Notes under the pieces: model-generated | Told to the model about the DNA's origin: nothing | What the model saw: only the letters and a program-made list of their open reading frames with translations | Databases searched by the model: none | Shown here: piece by piece, positions 1 through 22,111 of the stretch | How the letters are laid out: each line of letters opens with the position of its first letter | Position numbering within the stretch: position 1 is the stretch's first letter | Origin: the human T2T-CHM13v2.0 reference genome, Homo sapiens | Strand: one strand, 5' to 3' | NCBI RefSeq assembly: GCF_009914755.1 | Contig: NC_060941.1 | DNA: 64,000 bases | Program-made: the position numbers and the translations under genes

Positions 1-262
1 ATTGGATTTGGGGACAGTTTCCTCCCGTGCTGCTCCCCTGATAGTGAGTGAATTCTCAGGAAAGCTGATGGTTTTAAAGTGTGGCACTTCCTTGTTCTCC
101 ACTTACTCCCTCCTGCCACCTTGTGAAGAAGATGCCTGCTTCCCCTTCACCTTCCGCCATGATTGTAAGTTTCCTGAACTGCGAGTCAGTTAAGCCTCTT
201 TCCTTTATAAATTATCCAGTCTCAGGTATTTCTTTATAGCAATGTGAAAACAAACTAACACA
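1..262 (+). mobile_element. MaLR LTR (MSTA/THE1-like), 3' portion
   Basis: Diagnostic MaLR motifs 'gatagtgagtgaattctca', 'ccatgattgtaagtttcctga' and terminal 'ccagtctcaggtatttctttatagca...actaaca'. Confidence 0.85.
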
Positions 263-3064
263 GACCCCTTCCCTGAAGTGCCTTCTCCTTAGGCCACCAG
301 CTGCCCCCATGCTCCTCCTCTGCCCCCTGGTCTTTCTTTTCCCCTCATGAGGCCCAAGTGATCCACAAGGCCAGCTTCACCTCCATCCTACTGCAGGCCT
401 GTGCAGCTGCTGGAGAGGCCGGGCTCCTTTCCTCACCCCAGAGTGTATACGCTGCAGGCAGGCATGTTGACGCCTCAGGCAGTGGATACTGACTCTGGGC
501 CCTGCTGACCCGGGCAAGGCCCCATTGTGATGCGTGCCATGACCTCAGAATGTCACTGGTGCTTAGCACCTGCTGCTCCCCGGCTTGCCTCTGTGTTCTA
601 CAGCAGCTACACACAGACAGTGGTATCTGTGAGTGGCTCTGTGGACTCAAAGGTTTTCTCCCTGAGAGGCATGACCCAGGCCAGCTGATTCTTCAGAATC
701 AGGTGAGTGTGACCTGCTCTCTTCCCTGCAGGCTGACTTGGGGACAGTGGCTACGGGGTGGGCGATGTTGGCCTCTGGGCACCTGCTGAGGAGGGTCATC
801 CCTGAGCACTCACCGGGTGCCCGTTCTACACTGCCCGTGTAGACAATTGTCTCTTTCGTCCTCATGGTGCCTCCATAGGGTAGGTGCTGTTCCCAAATGT
901 ACCCATTTGACAACTGAGACGTCTGGGGTCAGAGAAGTGGTAATCAACCCGGGAATCCCGACATGACCCTGGGTTTTGCTCTCAGCCCTGCCCTGTGCTG
1001 GGCTGGACTTAAGGCCTGAACCCTGTGGTCTCCCTGCCCTAGATCCCAAATCTGTCGAGGGTTTCCGATCCCGATGGGGCAGAGCCTGGCCCTGGCAGAG
1101 CCACTGGGATGGATCCACTGTGGGTGGGGTGGAGGGGAGGGTCCTAAGAACACATCTGTGTCCTAAGCTGGGTCCTGATGGTCCCTGTGGGACCAACTGA
1201 ACACACATGGTCCCTTGTCCGGGAGTGGCATGGGGAGCCTTCTGCCTTTGGGCAGCTGTGGAAAATGAAGGAGCCCTGGAGAGCTGGCTGGAGGGAGGCT
1301 ATCTTCCATCCTGTTCAACGGGGTCCAGGAACTGGGGTTGTCCCCAGGTATTTCTTTGTCTGGTCCTATCCAGGCCTTGCCCTCCTTTTGCTCCAAGTGT
1401 TCCCAGGAGGGACGATCCATCTAGGTGTTCCCCAGGACCAAAGACCCACTGTTCTTCCTCCGTGACCCAGGAAAATGAAGCCCCCTCCTGTATGGATAGC
1501 TCAGAATGGTGGAGTCCACAGTCCCTCCCCGAGAGATGTGGTTTCTATGAGTACAGAGGCTGCGTTGGACACAGTAGCTTATTTTCATTCCTTAAACCTG
1601 TTGTTCCTAAAGTGGCTTCACTGGTGAGACTGAAGGGCCATGGTAGCCCAAGTGATGAGCAGAGTAGAACCGAGCACTCAGGAGAGACCTTGTTCCCCGT
1701 AGGAAACTGAGCATCTCTGTGGTCCCGAGCATCCCAGAGACCTCTGGTCCCTGTCCCCAGTCTGCCTCCATATCCCTGGAATAGCCCATCATGGGCCCTT
1801 CACCCTTGGCAGGTGGACACCATTGAAACTGCCGGGGCAGGTGTATGCCCATTTCATGGCATTTGGGGACAATGGGACTCTCTGTCCAGGTCCCACTGTC
1901 CTCAAGTCCTTGGGAAGATGCACACCCCTGCTGGAGACTCCAGAGACCCATGCAGGTGTGGGCCACTGGGTCTAGCCCCTTTTCACCTGAGGGCGGTGGT
2001 GGAATGGGGGGTTACGCAGCCAGGCAGCATCTGGGAGCCGGGCAGGAGCAGTTCAGGTGTTCTCCGAAGCTCTCAGGTACAGTGTAACCTTTAGATGTTT
2101 TTGTCTCACAGGATGGACCTGATAGAGGACGCGGATACTTTGGAGGAGTGAGAGGACATCACTATGAAGTATGAGAAGGTACAGATCCATCTACTCCTTG
2201 GAGGGAGGCCTCTTCCAGTGCACCCTGGTCAAATGGTCCTGGGCTCCCTAGGAGCACAGTGCAGGGTGGCCACTACCCCCAGGCCCTTTCAGCCTTTACC
2301 TTGGACCCCTCACCAAGGCTCCCTCTGGGTTACAGGGACACTGAGCTGCACTGCCAGAGGACATGGGGCCTGTGCCTGTTGGAATCTACGGAAACATTGA
2401 TCGCTTTGGGATTCTGCAGTGAGTCCTCTGTGCTCCTCTCAGCCCCTAAATCACCTGTCTCAGCTCATGGATGGGTTTGCTTTTAGAAAGGCCTTTCTGA
2501 CGCAGGACATGTCTCCCCAGGTTGAGCCAACCTCCTTTCCAGGGTCAGAACTCCTCCCTGGCTCCCCTGCAGGTCCAGCCTGAGGTTGTTGTTAGGCCAG
2601 AGGTGTGGGGCCCATCTAGGGAGTGGGTGGGAATGGAGAGGGGGCTAGGTCAGGCCCCTGGGCTCTCAGCAGTTCTGTCGGCAAGTGAGCACAAAAGGAG
2701 CGGGGCAGCCTGAGGGTCTGGCCCTGTCTACCAGGAGACAACCCCAGTGAGATCCAAGGGTTGTGGCCACAGGGTGAGGAGACACCTGGCCCAGCCTCAG
2801 GGATGTTGTCCAGCAGGTCTCTGGGGGCCCAACTGCCCCTGTTCTCCCCCACTTCCCTAGAGCTACAGCCCTCACTGTCCCCATGGGGAAGGGGGAAAGG
2901 CATGAGGACCATAGGGGCTGTGGCCTTAGGGGAATGGGGGAGAAGATGGGCAGGGCCAAGTTCTGGGCATCTCACAAAGAGGCCAGGGAGGCAGCAGAGC
3001 TTGCAGCTAATGACCCTGGGTCTGGTGCTGGGAAGGGATCTGGGGCCAGGTAAGAGGAGCCTAG

Positions 3065-3370
3065 GGCCAGGTGTAGTCGCTCACGCCTGTAATCCCAGCA
3101 CTTTGGGAGTCCGAGGCAGGCAGATCACAAGGTCAGGAGATCGAGAGCATCCTGGCTAACATGGTGAAACCCTGTCTTTACTAAAAATACAAAAAATTAG
3201 CTGGGTGTGGTGGCGCATGCCTGTAATCCCAGCTACTCAGGAGGATGAGGCAGGGGAATGACATGAACCCTGGAGGCGGAGCTTGCAGTGAGCCAAGATC
3301 ACGCCACAGCACTCCAGCCTGGATGACAGAGGGAGACACCGTCACAAAAAAAAAAAAAAAAAAAAAAAAA
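3065..3370 (+). mobile_element. Alu (AluY/Sc-like), full length, intronic
   Basis: ggccaggtgtagtcgctcacgcctgtaatcccagc...poly(A); approximate TSD a(g/a)aggagcc(t/c)ag. Confidence 0.95.
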
Positions 3371-5444
3371 GGAGCCCAGCCTGGAGCCCATCCCTCAGGG
3401 ATCATAGGATGGAGAGACGGAGGACCTCGGGGGAGGTAGGGTGGGAGGAAGCTTATGAGCCATGCCACTTCTGAAATGCAAGGCGTGTGGCTCAGGTGCA
3501 GGGAGAGGCAGGTGGATGCTGGGAGGTCATACCCTGCGAGGGCCTTGGGAATGTCGGGTGGGATGGGCCCCTGGCGCACCCTGGGTGCACTGGGCAGGTC
3601 TCAGGGCAGGCTCCCTAGACCCTGGCGGGTCCACATCATGTGGTCACTCCCTGAGGGACTCCTGTCAGGGCCCGGTCACCCACCCTGGGCAGCCCCCATC
3701 CCATCTCAGGGCTGACCTTTCTCAGCTCCAGCAGAAAGCACCACCTCGAGTCCAGGATGGGCAGCCCCATTGTGCAGCCTGACCACCCCCGACACCAGGG
3801 GCCCCAGTAACCTTGGCCACGCTGGCTCTGCACTCCCTCTTCTCCCAGGTCCTGACCCCTCCTGGGAGTCAGCCCCACAGGAAGGCCTTTGTCCTCCTTT
3901 CCCTGTGCCTTCTCCTGGGCTGAGACCTGAGCTGGATGGGACAGAGCCAGTCCTTTCTGGAGGTCGACTCCCTGACCCGGATGGCTCCAGGCCCTGTGCA
4001 GGTCCTCAGCTCTGCCTGGGTTGCCTTACAGTGAGAAGAGGCTGCCCCCTGTCAGCTCCCGGGAGGCAGAGGTAAGAGCCTGGTCCAGGGACGGGGGGAC
4101 GTGGCGGGTTGTTGATGAGCAGAGGAGGCAGTGGGCCTGGGCGGTGGCCAGTGAGGATAACACGCTGTCACTGGGAGGGGTAGCAATCCCTGCTGGACCT
4201 GACCTCAGGTTGCTGTATCTCTGGCAGTTTGATGAAATTCCAAAGTGAGAACCACAGTCCTGGCTTGGGGATGGCTGCCCACTTGTGTTAGGACCCCACC
4301 TAGAGGCTGGGCTCTGACCTACGACTGGTGTGTCTGTGGCCTGAGGATGGCACGTCCCAGGGTCCCAAGGCCAGCCCACTGGTGCTCATTCGCTCAAAGG
4401 CTCTCAGCCCTTAGGGTCTGCCCTTCCCTGGCTTTTTCTAGCTGGGTCCCACCAGGGCTCCAGAGCCCAAGACCCAGCATCCAGGGACGGCTCCGGGAAG
4501 CCTGGTAGCTCCGCTAACTCCAACATTCCTCATTTGACAGCAAATGCAGCAGGAGATGAGACGCAAGAGCAAGTGGATGGCAATGCTGGGAAAATGGGAG
4601 ACATATCAGAACAGCAAAAAGGTCATGTGTGGAGGGAGAGGCCCCCAGAATCACTTTCTGCAGAAACAGGGCACAGGCACCCATGGCTATGACCTGGCAG
4701 CGTAAGCCTCTCAGAGGGCAGGTGGCACACTGTCCTCACCTAGAGGACCGCAGGCCTGGTTGCCAGCTTTGCTGCCTGTTCATGCAAGCGTCACCTTGCT
4801 GAGAGAGAATCTATATCTAGGGCTGGGGCCACCGGGAGCTCAGGGCTAGGGAAGCCTCCTGGTGACCTGAAGGAAGGAAAAGGTCCAGATCAGAGTTCAG
4901 ACTTTGAGTGTCCATCCCCTCTTTCAGTCCTGGGAAGGGAGACCCTGTCCCAGCTTGACATCACCTCTCCTGACGAATCATGGGGCCAAAATCAAAGATT
5001 TCCAGAATCCTCGGGCTCTGGTTCTCGCTGGGGTTGTCGCGGGGCCTGTGACACCAGATCGTTTTCTGCCCACAGCTGATGAAGCGAGTGTATAAGGGCA
5101 TTCCCATGAACGTCCGGGCCGAGGTGTGGTCAGTCCTCCTGAACATTCAGGAAATCAAGGCGAAAAACCCCAGACAATACCGGGTATGCTCAGCCACAGC
5201 ACAACAAACAGGCCAGGCCGTGTCAGCGGCCCAGGTCTCCAGCTGGAGGGAACGTCAAGCCCCGCTTTGGAGGGTGGGTGGGATGGTCAGATGCACATCC
5301 TGAGCACGGACAGTGACACAGGCACCACAGGTGAGCTCGGCTCTGGTGACCCTCCCTGGCTTCCGAAACAAGCCAAAAAGCAGCTTTCTGCAGAAAGAAA
5401 CCTTCCTTCTTTCCTTCCTTCCCGAAGTGCTGACTGTGGGCTGA

Positions 5445-5624
<180 letters not shown>

Positions 5625-7423
5625 TAAGCCTATGGGAGCCACAGGGTCCCAGCGGAGATGGGGTGAATGAGAGGGATGGGGATTTCCCCGGAGCAGAAGC
5701 CAGGGTCACCCAGGAGGGATGACAGAGCTGCCAAGAGCTCTCCTGGTCCAGGGAGCAGGCGGCACCATGGACTGAGCACCTCCCAGGTTCCAAGCCCTGG
5801 GCCAGACTGGAACATGGGGGGCCAGAACCCAAGAGGATCCTGAGGAGACAGACGGCAGCAAACAAAATCATGCACAATGGTGAAAGGTGCTCTCCCTGAC
5901 CCATGGGGACCCATGGTAGGACCCTCGGGAGGGTGGCAGGTTGGAGGGCCCGTAAGCCTCCCCAGGCAACACTGATAGTACCAAAAGCTGGGGAGATTCA
6001 GGGACCTGGAAACTGTCATCCAGGTCTGCTGGGAACGTGACATGGCACAGCCACTTTGGCAGCCAGTTGGGCAGTGGCTCACAAAGTTCAATGGACTTGA
6101 ACCACGCGTCCCCAAAGTGTCACAGATATTGAACCCACTGATTTGAAAACTGACGTCCACATGAAACCTGCAGGCCAGGTTCACTGCTTGATTCCTCGTC
6201 ACTCACACACGGAGCCTTCGGGGATGGCCTTCAACACGGGAATGGGGAGAACAAGGCTGGTCCTCCCTTCAAACGGAAGACCCAGTGAGAAAAGGGAACG
6301 AGCCAGTGATGCCCGCATGAACGTGGGTGGATCCTAGGTGCATTTTGCTAAGGGAAAGAAGCCAGACCCAATAAGCTACCAAAGTAGGATTCCCATTCTT
6401 AGGCCATTGTGGAAAAGGCCAAACCATAGGGACTGAGAAGCAGTCTGGGTGGCCAGGGGCTGACGGATCGGGGAGAGGCTGGGTGCATAGGGGCCACCCT
6501 GGAGACTTGGAGGATGAAGGAGTCGCTCCAGGAGGGGCTGGAGTGGTAGCCGGGAGACTCTGCACATTGGTTTAGAACCATGGAGGACCTGTACACCCAA
6601 AGACTGAATTGGCGTGTGTGCAAACTGAAAAAAAAAAGATCATTCAGAGTGAAAAGGATCAGGCAAGTCACTGTACAACTGGGCTATTTGCATGTCACAG
6701 ATGTGGATTTTACTGAAACATTTCTTCAACAGTCAAAGTCCCTGAAGAGCTCACTGCTTATCTGGTGAATCATCTGAACCTGAAATGGGATTTGTTGTTA
6801 GGGTTTGTAGACAAAGTGAAACTAACAGCATCTGCACAACACAAACCAAAGCCCCCTTTCTCTGTTTCCCAGGCAGCAGGAACTATTCTACATCCTCCTG
6901 GCATATTCGAAGTATAACCCAGTGAGTATTCCTGGCAGTGAGGTTCCCAGGCCGTATTTCCATATTCACAGGAGTGGGTGTCTGGTGGGAGTGTCGTTGC
7001 TTCTTTTAAAGTTAGTATTTGTGACCCACCAGGATATAGGAGGTAGGATTCCAGCTCACCGCTGGCATAAACCTCCAGCAAGGGGGTGGTCTCAAGGGGT
7101 CAAGCTGAGACACAGAGGAGTCAGGGCCTGGACTCCTGGTGTCACCTGGGCCTGACCACCACTTATCGGAACAAGCCCCTCCTCCTGGGGCTGCCCCAAA
7201 GCCCGGGAGCTTGGCAGCATCACACACAGAATGGTGCTATCAGGAGACATTTTGGACAAGGTGCTGAAGTGCCCGATGGATATGGCTCTTGTCATGAAAT
7301 GAATTTGCATCCTGAGGAAGTCTCTTCTTCAGAGGAAGCCTTCCCAGTCACCTCTGCCCTCTCCGATGACATGAGTCCTCCCAGGTGACCTCAGCCCTCC
7401 CAAGTGACTTACTTCCACGGTGA

Positions 7424-7693
<270 letters not shown>

Positions 7694-8355
7694 TGACGGT
7701 CCCAAAGGAACCCGGAACTGACCCCCCAGAGCCCAAGTCAGACGCCTTTCATCCCCATCAGCAGAAGGCATCTCATCCTCCCCGTGGCTGCCCTCTGTGT
7801 CCTGGAGCCACGCCCTCCGGCTCTGATTCTGTGCAGCTGGCTCTCCGCAACCTGAGAGTCCTCCTGCCCTTCAGTTGCTCAGGCTCCAGCTGCCCTTGGT
7901 ACCCACGAAAGGGTACCAAGCCCAGATGGCAGCATCTCCCCATCCCGTGTCCCTTGGCCCAGCCCCACTTCCAGGAGACGACCACAAAGCCCAGCACCCA
8001 CCCTGTTCTGGCCGCCCCCTGTCGTGGCCTCAAAGTCAGGCTTGCCCTCCCGGCACCCTGGCCCAGGAGGCCTCCAGGGGCACCTCCAGCCAGGCTCCAG
8101 GGGATGTTCCCACCCCTCCTCCCCAGGGCCAAGGCCACATGGTGGGGTCACCAGATGGGAGGGTGGGAGGCCTCGGGGTCTGGGGGGCTCTGCAGCTGCC
8201 CAGCTCTTCCAGCTGATGGCTCCACATCTTGGGGGAAGGCTCTGATTTCATGACGGGCTGGGGGCTTCTCAGGATTCCACAGCCCAAATGGCGGGACAGT
8301 TCAGGGGCTCCAAGACCATCAGGAGCATGTGGTACCCACATCACAACCCAAGACC

Positions 8356-12067
<3,712 letters not shown>

Positions 12068-14189
12068 TAGTGGGGTGAGGGTCAGCAGGAAAACATGAAC
12101 AAATGTCTCTGTGTCATAAACAAGGTTAAGGAAAAGGTGCTGTGCTTTGATGTGCACATATATAAACATCTCGGTGCATTAAAGAGCAGTATTGCCTCCA
12201 GCATGTCTCACCTCCAGCCCTAAGGCAGTTTTCTCCTATCTCAGTAGATGGAATATACAATCGGGTTTTACACCGAAACATTCCATTGCCCAGGGACAAG
12301 CAGGAGACAGATGCCTTCCTCTTATCTCAACTGCAAAGAGGCATTCCTTCCTCTTTTACTAATCCTCCTCAGCACAGACCCTTTACGGGTGTTGGGCTGG
12401 GGGACGGTCAGGTCTCTCCCTTCCCATGAGGCCATATTTCAGACTATCACTTGGGGGAGAAACCTTGGACAATTCCTGGCTTTTCTAGGCAGAGGTCCTT
12501 GTGGCCTTCCACAGTGTTTTGTGTCCCTGGGTACTTGAGATTAGGGAGTGGTGATGACTTTTAAGAAGCATGCTGCCTTCAAGCATTTGCTCAACAAAGC
12601 ACATGCTGCATAGCCCTAAATCCATTAAACCTTGAGTGAACACAGCACATGTTTCTGTGAGCACAGGGTTAGGGGTAGGGTTACAGATTAACAGCATCTC
12701 AAGGCAGAAGAATTTTTCTTAGTACAGAACAAAATGGAGTCTCTTACGTCTACTTCTTTCTACATAGACACAGTAATAGTCTGATCTCTCTTTTTTTCCC
12801 CACCGCCACCGCCACCCCAAAGAGGGGCAAAGGGGACCCCGGAATCTTGGACAAAAACCTCAGTGTTCAGGTGTCAGGGTGGGCCTGGAGTTCCGGTCCA
12901 ACCACAGACCCATCACCCTCAGAACTGAAAATGGTCTTCAAGGTCACCAAAGGCTATCAATACCCCAACCGGAGAGGGCAAAAGCCTTATCCAGGTTAAG
13001 CAGCACAAAAGTGAGAGAGCAGAGACTCGAGCCAGCTCTAACTCCCAAGCCAGGATTCACACCAACTCTCGAAGTGGAGTCTCTGAGAACTCTTCACTCT
13101 CTGCCCCCATCGTGTGTGCGTGCACACACACCCCTTTCTCATTGGCTCACTGCCCCCCGCCAAGTTCCCCATTCCAGGAGATGTCTGGGCGGGATTATAC
13201 ACAAGCCCAGCACTGCAGAACTGAGGATATGCATGGGCTGAGAAGCTGCAGGAAGTTGCTGACCAACGCACCAAACTGCTCAGCCAACACCACAGATCAC
13301 GCACCTGCTGTGTGCACAGCTCTCGGGGGCTGGGGGTGAAGAGGGAGATGATGACACAGCCTCAGACCTTATAAGAACTTATCATTTGACCCTGGAGGGA
13401 AAACTAATGCTGGAAAATACAGAACCTGGCTAGAAAGCCTGGGGTGCTGGGCTTGCCTGCCACGCCCACATCACAGGAGGCAGCTGGGGTAGGCATTACC
13501 CCGCTGAGCCTCAGCGGGGGCTGCCCTCAGGGGGCTGCCCTCCTGGCCTTGATCCCTGAAAGGGTCCTAGCAGAGAGAGGCACCAGCAGGGCCTCAGAGG
13601 ATCTGAGTTGACAGAGGAGGAGGAGGCATTTCCTCTGCACCAGTGATGCACACCTGCCCCAAGGTGGCCAAGATCCAGGACCAATAAGCCTGGCGAGCAC
13701 AGAGAAGCCCGGTGGGCATCCTCCAGGCAGAGGATTCCTCCCTGCACCCTGCCTCCTTCCTCCCTCCTTCATCCTGCCCATGTCAAGCATGAGGCATGAG
13801 ATCATGGCATACCTGAGGCAGCTGGGAAACACCATTGGCCAATGCCACATCTTGGCTTGCAGTGACTCTCCAACCAGACAGATCATCAGAGTCCCAAAGA
13901 AGATTCGCAGCCCTGCTCCAACTCCCGCATCAGCACCGCTCAGGATAAGCCTGCTGGTGGGGCTGTTTTACAAGCTCCCCAGCCAACTCAGGCTGGGAAG
14001 GCAAGAGGCAGCTTAGGGGGGCTGAGGAGGGGGGCAGAGAAGCTGAGGGGAGAGAGGGGGCTTCTGCAGGGCCCCCAGCTCCGGGTGGACAAGCCAGAGC
14101 CACAGGCTTCAGGGCAGGAGGAAGGAAAAGTAGAGCCCCACTGAGCCAGGACAAAGCAGCCTGGAATCGGGGCAAGCAGGGGCAAAACC

Positions 14190-14500
14190 TTGGGCAGGAC
14201 ATTCAGCCTCTCTGAGCCTCAGTTTCCTTCTCTGGGAAATGGGAATAACAGCCCTGCCTCACAGGCAAATTAGGGGATTAGAGGCCAAATAAATAAAGCA
14301 CCTGGCAAAGGCTGGTGGCTAGCGTTATGTTTATGAGCAGGTGTTTATAAAGCACCTACTATGTGCCTGGCATTGTGCTGGGCACTCAGACTCAAAGAAG
14401 ACAGAGAAGCCCTGGAGACATAGTCTTCTGAGGGGAGAAGCTGGTAAAGACAATCCCAATACACTAATATCAGGCCACGATGGGGTACTGGGGTCCTGCA
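14190..14500. mobile_element. MIR followed by L2 fragment
   Basis: 'cctctctgagcctcagtttccttctctgggaaatgggaataa' (MIR core); 'tttataaagcacctactatgtgcctggcattgtgctggg' (L2 3' end). Confidence 0.7.
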
Positions 14501-14683
14501 GAGAAACAGAGGGAGCAGAGTCCCTGGGGGAGAACGAATGTCCAGGCCCAGGCTCTGCCCCTGTGACAGCTCCCGGGATCTGGGGAAATCTGTGAGTGCC
14601 AGGCCACCTTCGGGGGTCCTCTCACCTCCTGCATGTTTGATACCCCCCTTCTAAAGGTGGGGCTGTCATAGCCCTTCACAATC

Positions 14684-15626
14684 CAACCACAGATCTTCAG
14701 CTTCTGCCTTGATGACGGGGTGAAACATTCTGTGCGGTGGGCAGGGTGGGTGTGGACGAACTGTGAGTCCCTCCATGAGTCCCATAGCTGGGTCCCCAGT
14801 CCAGCCCAGGCACATGTCCTCAGCAGCCTGGGCCCACTTGGGGTGCCTATTCTGCACAAACAAGGGGCCCAGACTCCTGTGTGAGTCTCGGGAAACCCCC
14901 AAGAGGGGCTCCCATTGCCCCCACCCCAGGAATGTGAGCAGGAAGCTGGTGCCTCCAGGGAAGGCTGTCAACCCCAGGGGGGTGTGGGAGAAAGAGTGGG
15001 CCTCTCTCAGGGATGTTTCTTCAAATGGTCACTACAGCTCAGGGTGAGGACGGGACTCTGTCAAGCTCAGTTATCCCCTCGGCTCTGTGCATGGGGGGAG
15101 ACCTGCCTGGCTCTGCTCCCTCTGTTCCCCTCATTTCCCCAAAACCTGGGTTGCCACAAGAGACCCACACTGCATAAGGGCTGAGGGACTGTTGTCACTC
15201 CTTCAGGTCCCCATGGGGCAGGCACTGTCTCACGGAGTCAGGACTGCTGTCTCCTCCTTCCCCTGGACTCAGTACAAACCAGACACAGAGCGATGTCATG
15301 CCATAGATGAGTGTCCCCCACCACATCCGTCTCCCTACAAGACATGCTGCCAGGTCAACCCCTGCAAGGGGGGTCTGGAGGCAGCTACCACTGGCATGGG
15401 CCTGGCCTGAGAGTCCTATGTGTGTGTCCATCACATGAGACCAGGTGTGGCAGCTCCATAGGGCAACCACATATCCGCAGCTTCTGCCTTGATGACAGGA
15501 GTTGAAACATTCTGTGCAGTGGGCAGGGAGTGTGTGGACGAACTGTGAGTCCCTCCTTGAGTCCCATAGCTGGGTCCCCAATCCAGCCCAGGCACACGTC
15601 CCCAGCATCCTGGGCCCACTTGGGGT
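14684..15626 (+). repeat. Pair of ~160-bp diverged direct repeats (14684-14844 and 15464-15626)
   Basis: Shared blocks 'cagcttctgccttgatgac', 'tgtggacgaactgtgagtccctcc', 'gagtcccatagctgggtcccca', 'ctgggcccacttgggg'. Confidence 0.9.
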
Positions 15627-16402
15627 CCTTGGACAAAGTCACTCAAGTCTCCCCACCACCCCTGGCAACCACTGCCTCTGGCACCTCGACATCACACTGC
15701 ACACACATCCCTCCTGTCCCTGCCACCGCCTCCCTCCATCCCATCCCTCTGCCGGTGGCCCTGTGTGAGTCTTGCCTCCCCAGATGGGTTATTTGATTCT
15801 GACCCAGTGTGTCCTGCCAGGGAGGAGCCATGTAGACTCCATGAAATCCGTCTCCATTTCTCTGCAGTCTCCAGGACATAGATTTGCTCCCATCTCCCCC
15901 ATCAGACTGGGATCACCAAGACAAAAACCAGGCCCCTATCTCCTCCATTAGACTACAAACCCTGGGGCTAGGATCATGTCTTCTCCATCAGACTGGAATT
16001 TGGAGGACAAGGACCATGTCCCTATCTCCCATCAGGCTAGAGTCCCCAGAGACAGGACTGCTTTTGCTCATCCGAAAGCTGTCAAGAACAAAGATCATGA
16101 GACCATGTTCCTATCTTCCCATCAGATGACAATCTCCAGAGCTGGGACCTGTCTCCATCAGACTAGGATCTCCAAGGTAAGGACCAGTTCCCTGGCCCAC
16201 CCCCATCAGACCAGACAGCGTCTCTCTCATTTGATCTTTTCCTGAGTATCAATCCTCAGTGCTAATGGGTCACTTCTCCCACCCCTGCTGAGGGACAGCC
16301 ATCACCTCCTGGAGCTCCTGAGGACCCTGCCCCAGCAATGTGCAGGTGGGCTGCCTGTCCCATGCACCCAATCCCCAGGGCCTCAGCCACGAAGATGCTT
16401 AT

Positions 16403-20492
<4,090 letters not shown>

Positions 20493-22111
20493 TCATCACC
20501 ATGGGCCACCTGCTAGCTCCCAGGTGGCTGGGGACCCCCTCCCCACCCATCATCAGGAATTTGCCTCATTTCTCCAAATCCTCATGCTGGGTGCCGTGCG
20601 TGTGCATGTGCGTGCCACTGCTCTCAGGCCTGTCACCTGTGATTCGGGTGGGCCCTCCAGCTATGCTTTCCCATGACCCAATACAGAGAAGAGGAGAAGG
20701 CAGGACTTCACCGTCCCCAGGCCTTCCCAGGCAGCCACCACCCCAGCCCAGCCTGCCTCAACCCTGTCTGGTGGGGAAATGGGTTGCAGTGTCAGGTGAC
20801 CCCCTTGAAGTTGCTGTCTTTCACCCAACACTGCTCCACCTATGGTGCTGGCCCGGGGCTGGGTGCTGAAGAGAAAGAGGGGACCAAGAGCCTATCCTGC
20901 CTTGGAAACTGAGCCCAAACCCACCAGGCCCACCTCACAGCACAGAAATGCCATCAAGCCTTGGAGACCAACCCACATCGCACATAAAGAAACTGGGGCT
21001 CCAGAGGGGTGCAGTGTCCACACTGGCCCCTTCTGCAGAGCCTGACACCCAGGAATGCACTCTAGGGGCTACAGTTCCATCCAGTCAGCTTCTGTCCCTG
21101 CCCCATCCCTAGAAGCCCTTGCTAACCCAGTCTCCTCGTGTAAACCTTTCCCCAGGTTTACACTCCAGGCTGGGGTGGGCAAAGAGGGGCTCAGCTATAG
21201 GATGGGGAAATGGTGGGCTGTGCTAAGAGAGGATCTAAGCCAAGGATGCCCCCTTCCACTCCTCTCACCCTTCTGTACCCCAAGAGACCTCAGGGTCAGG
21301 TGAGGGGCATTTATCTCAGGTCTCAGCCCACAGGAAACCTAAAGGACATTGCCCAAGAAGAAGCTCTTACAGAGACCCCAGCCAGTCCCCTCCCCACTCC
21401 AGGCTCCCCAAGATGTGGCTCCTCAGGTGGGCCATGTGCCCCACCCCACAGCCCCATCCTGCCCTGCCCACCACCCCAAGGCCGGCCCTGGGTCCCAGGG
21501 TCCCACCAGGCCCGCTGGGTGGAAGGTGGTCATGTTTCAGACTGCCGATGGCTTCCACTTCCCAGACAGGCCCAGATAGCCCCACCAGCAGCCGAGAGAG
21601 ATTCCTCAACAGCCCAGTGGCTGCCAAGCCACCAAAGCAAACAGGACACCCCCCATGCATACACGCACAGCGGCCACCCCGCCTCACACACACCCTGAGC
21701 TGGGCAGAGCCGGTCTGGTTTCCCAGGCTGCCTGCGTCGCTCTCACCCCCTCTCACTCATCAATGCCCTGGACCACTCCTTCAGAAGCCCCTCCCCACGG
21801 AGCCCCTCTCCTTCTGCTCTTGAACCTGCCCTGGGCTGAGGCAGGGAGTGCTCCCCAAAAGGCATGGTGACGGGGACTCGGGGCTGATTCTTAGAAACTT
21901 TTCCCAATACAAGGGGCTGTCCCATCCCTCCACCCTTAATCCTTTCGCCTCCTCCCTTCACGTCTTTCCAGGAGCCCCCGGCCTGGATGGAGTGGGCAGA
22001 ATAGATTGGCAGGTGACAAGCTGATACCCAAACACTCAATAAACTATCCACCTCCCCCAGTCCCTCAGCCCACACTGCCCCAAACCAATGAACAGACCAG
22101 ATCACACGAGG

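Noticed and set aside
600-880. Upstream non-coding exons of the TBC pseudogene (gtgagt donors near 630 and 703)
   Set aside because: Plausible, but boundaries cannot be fixed from sequence alone.
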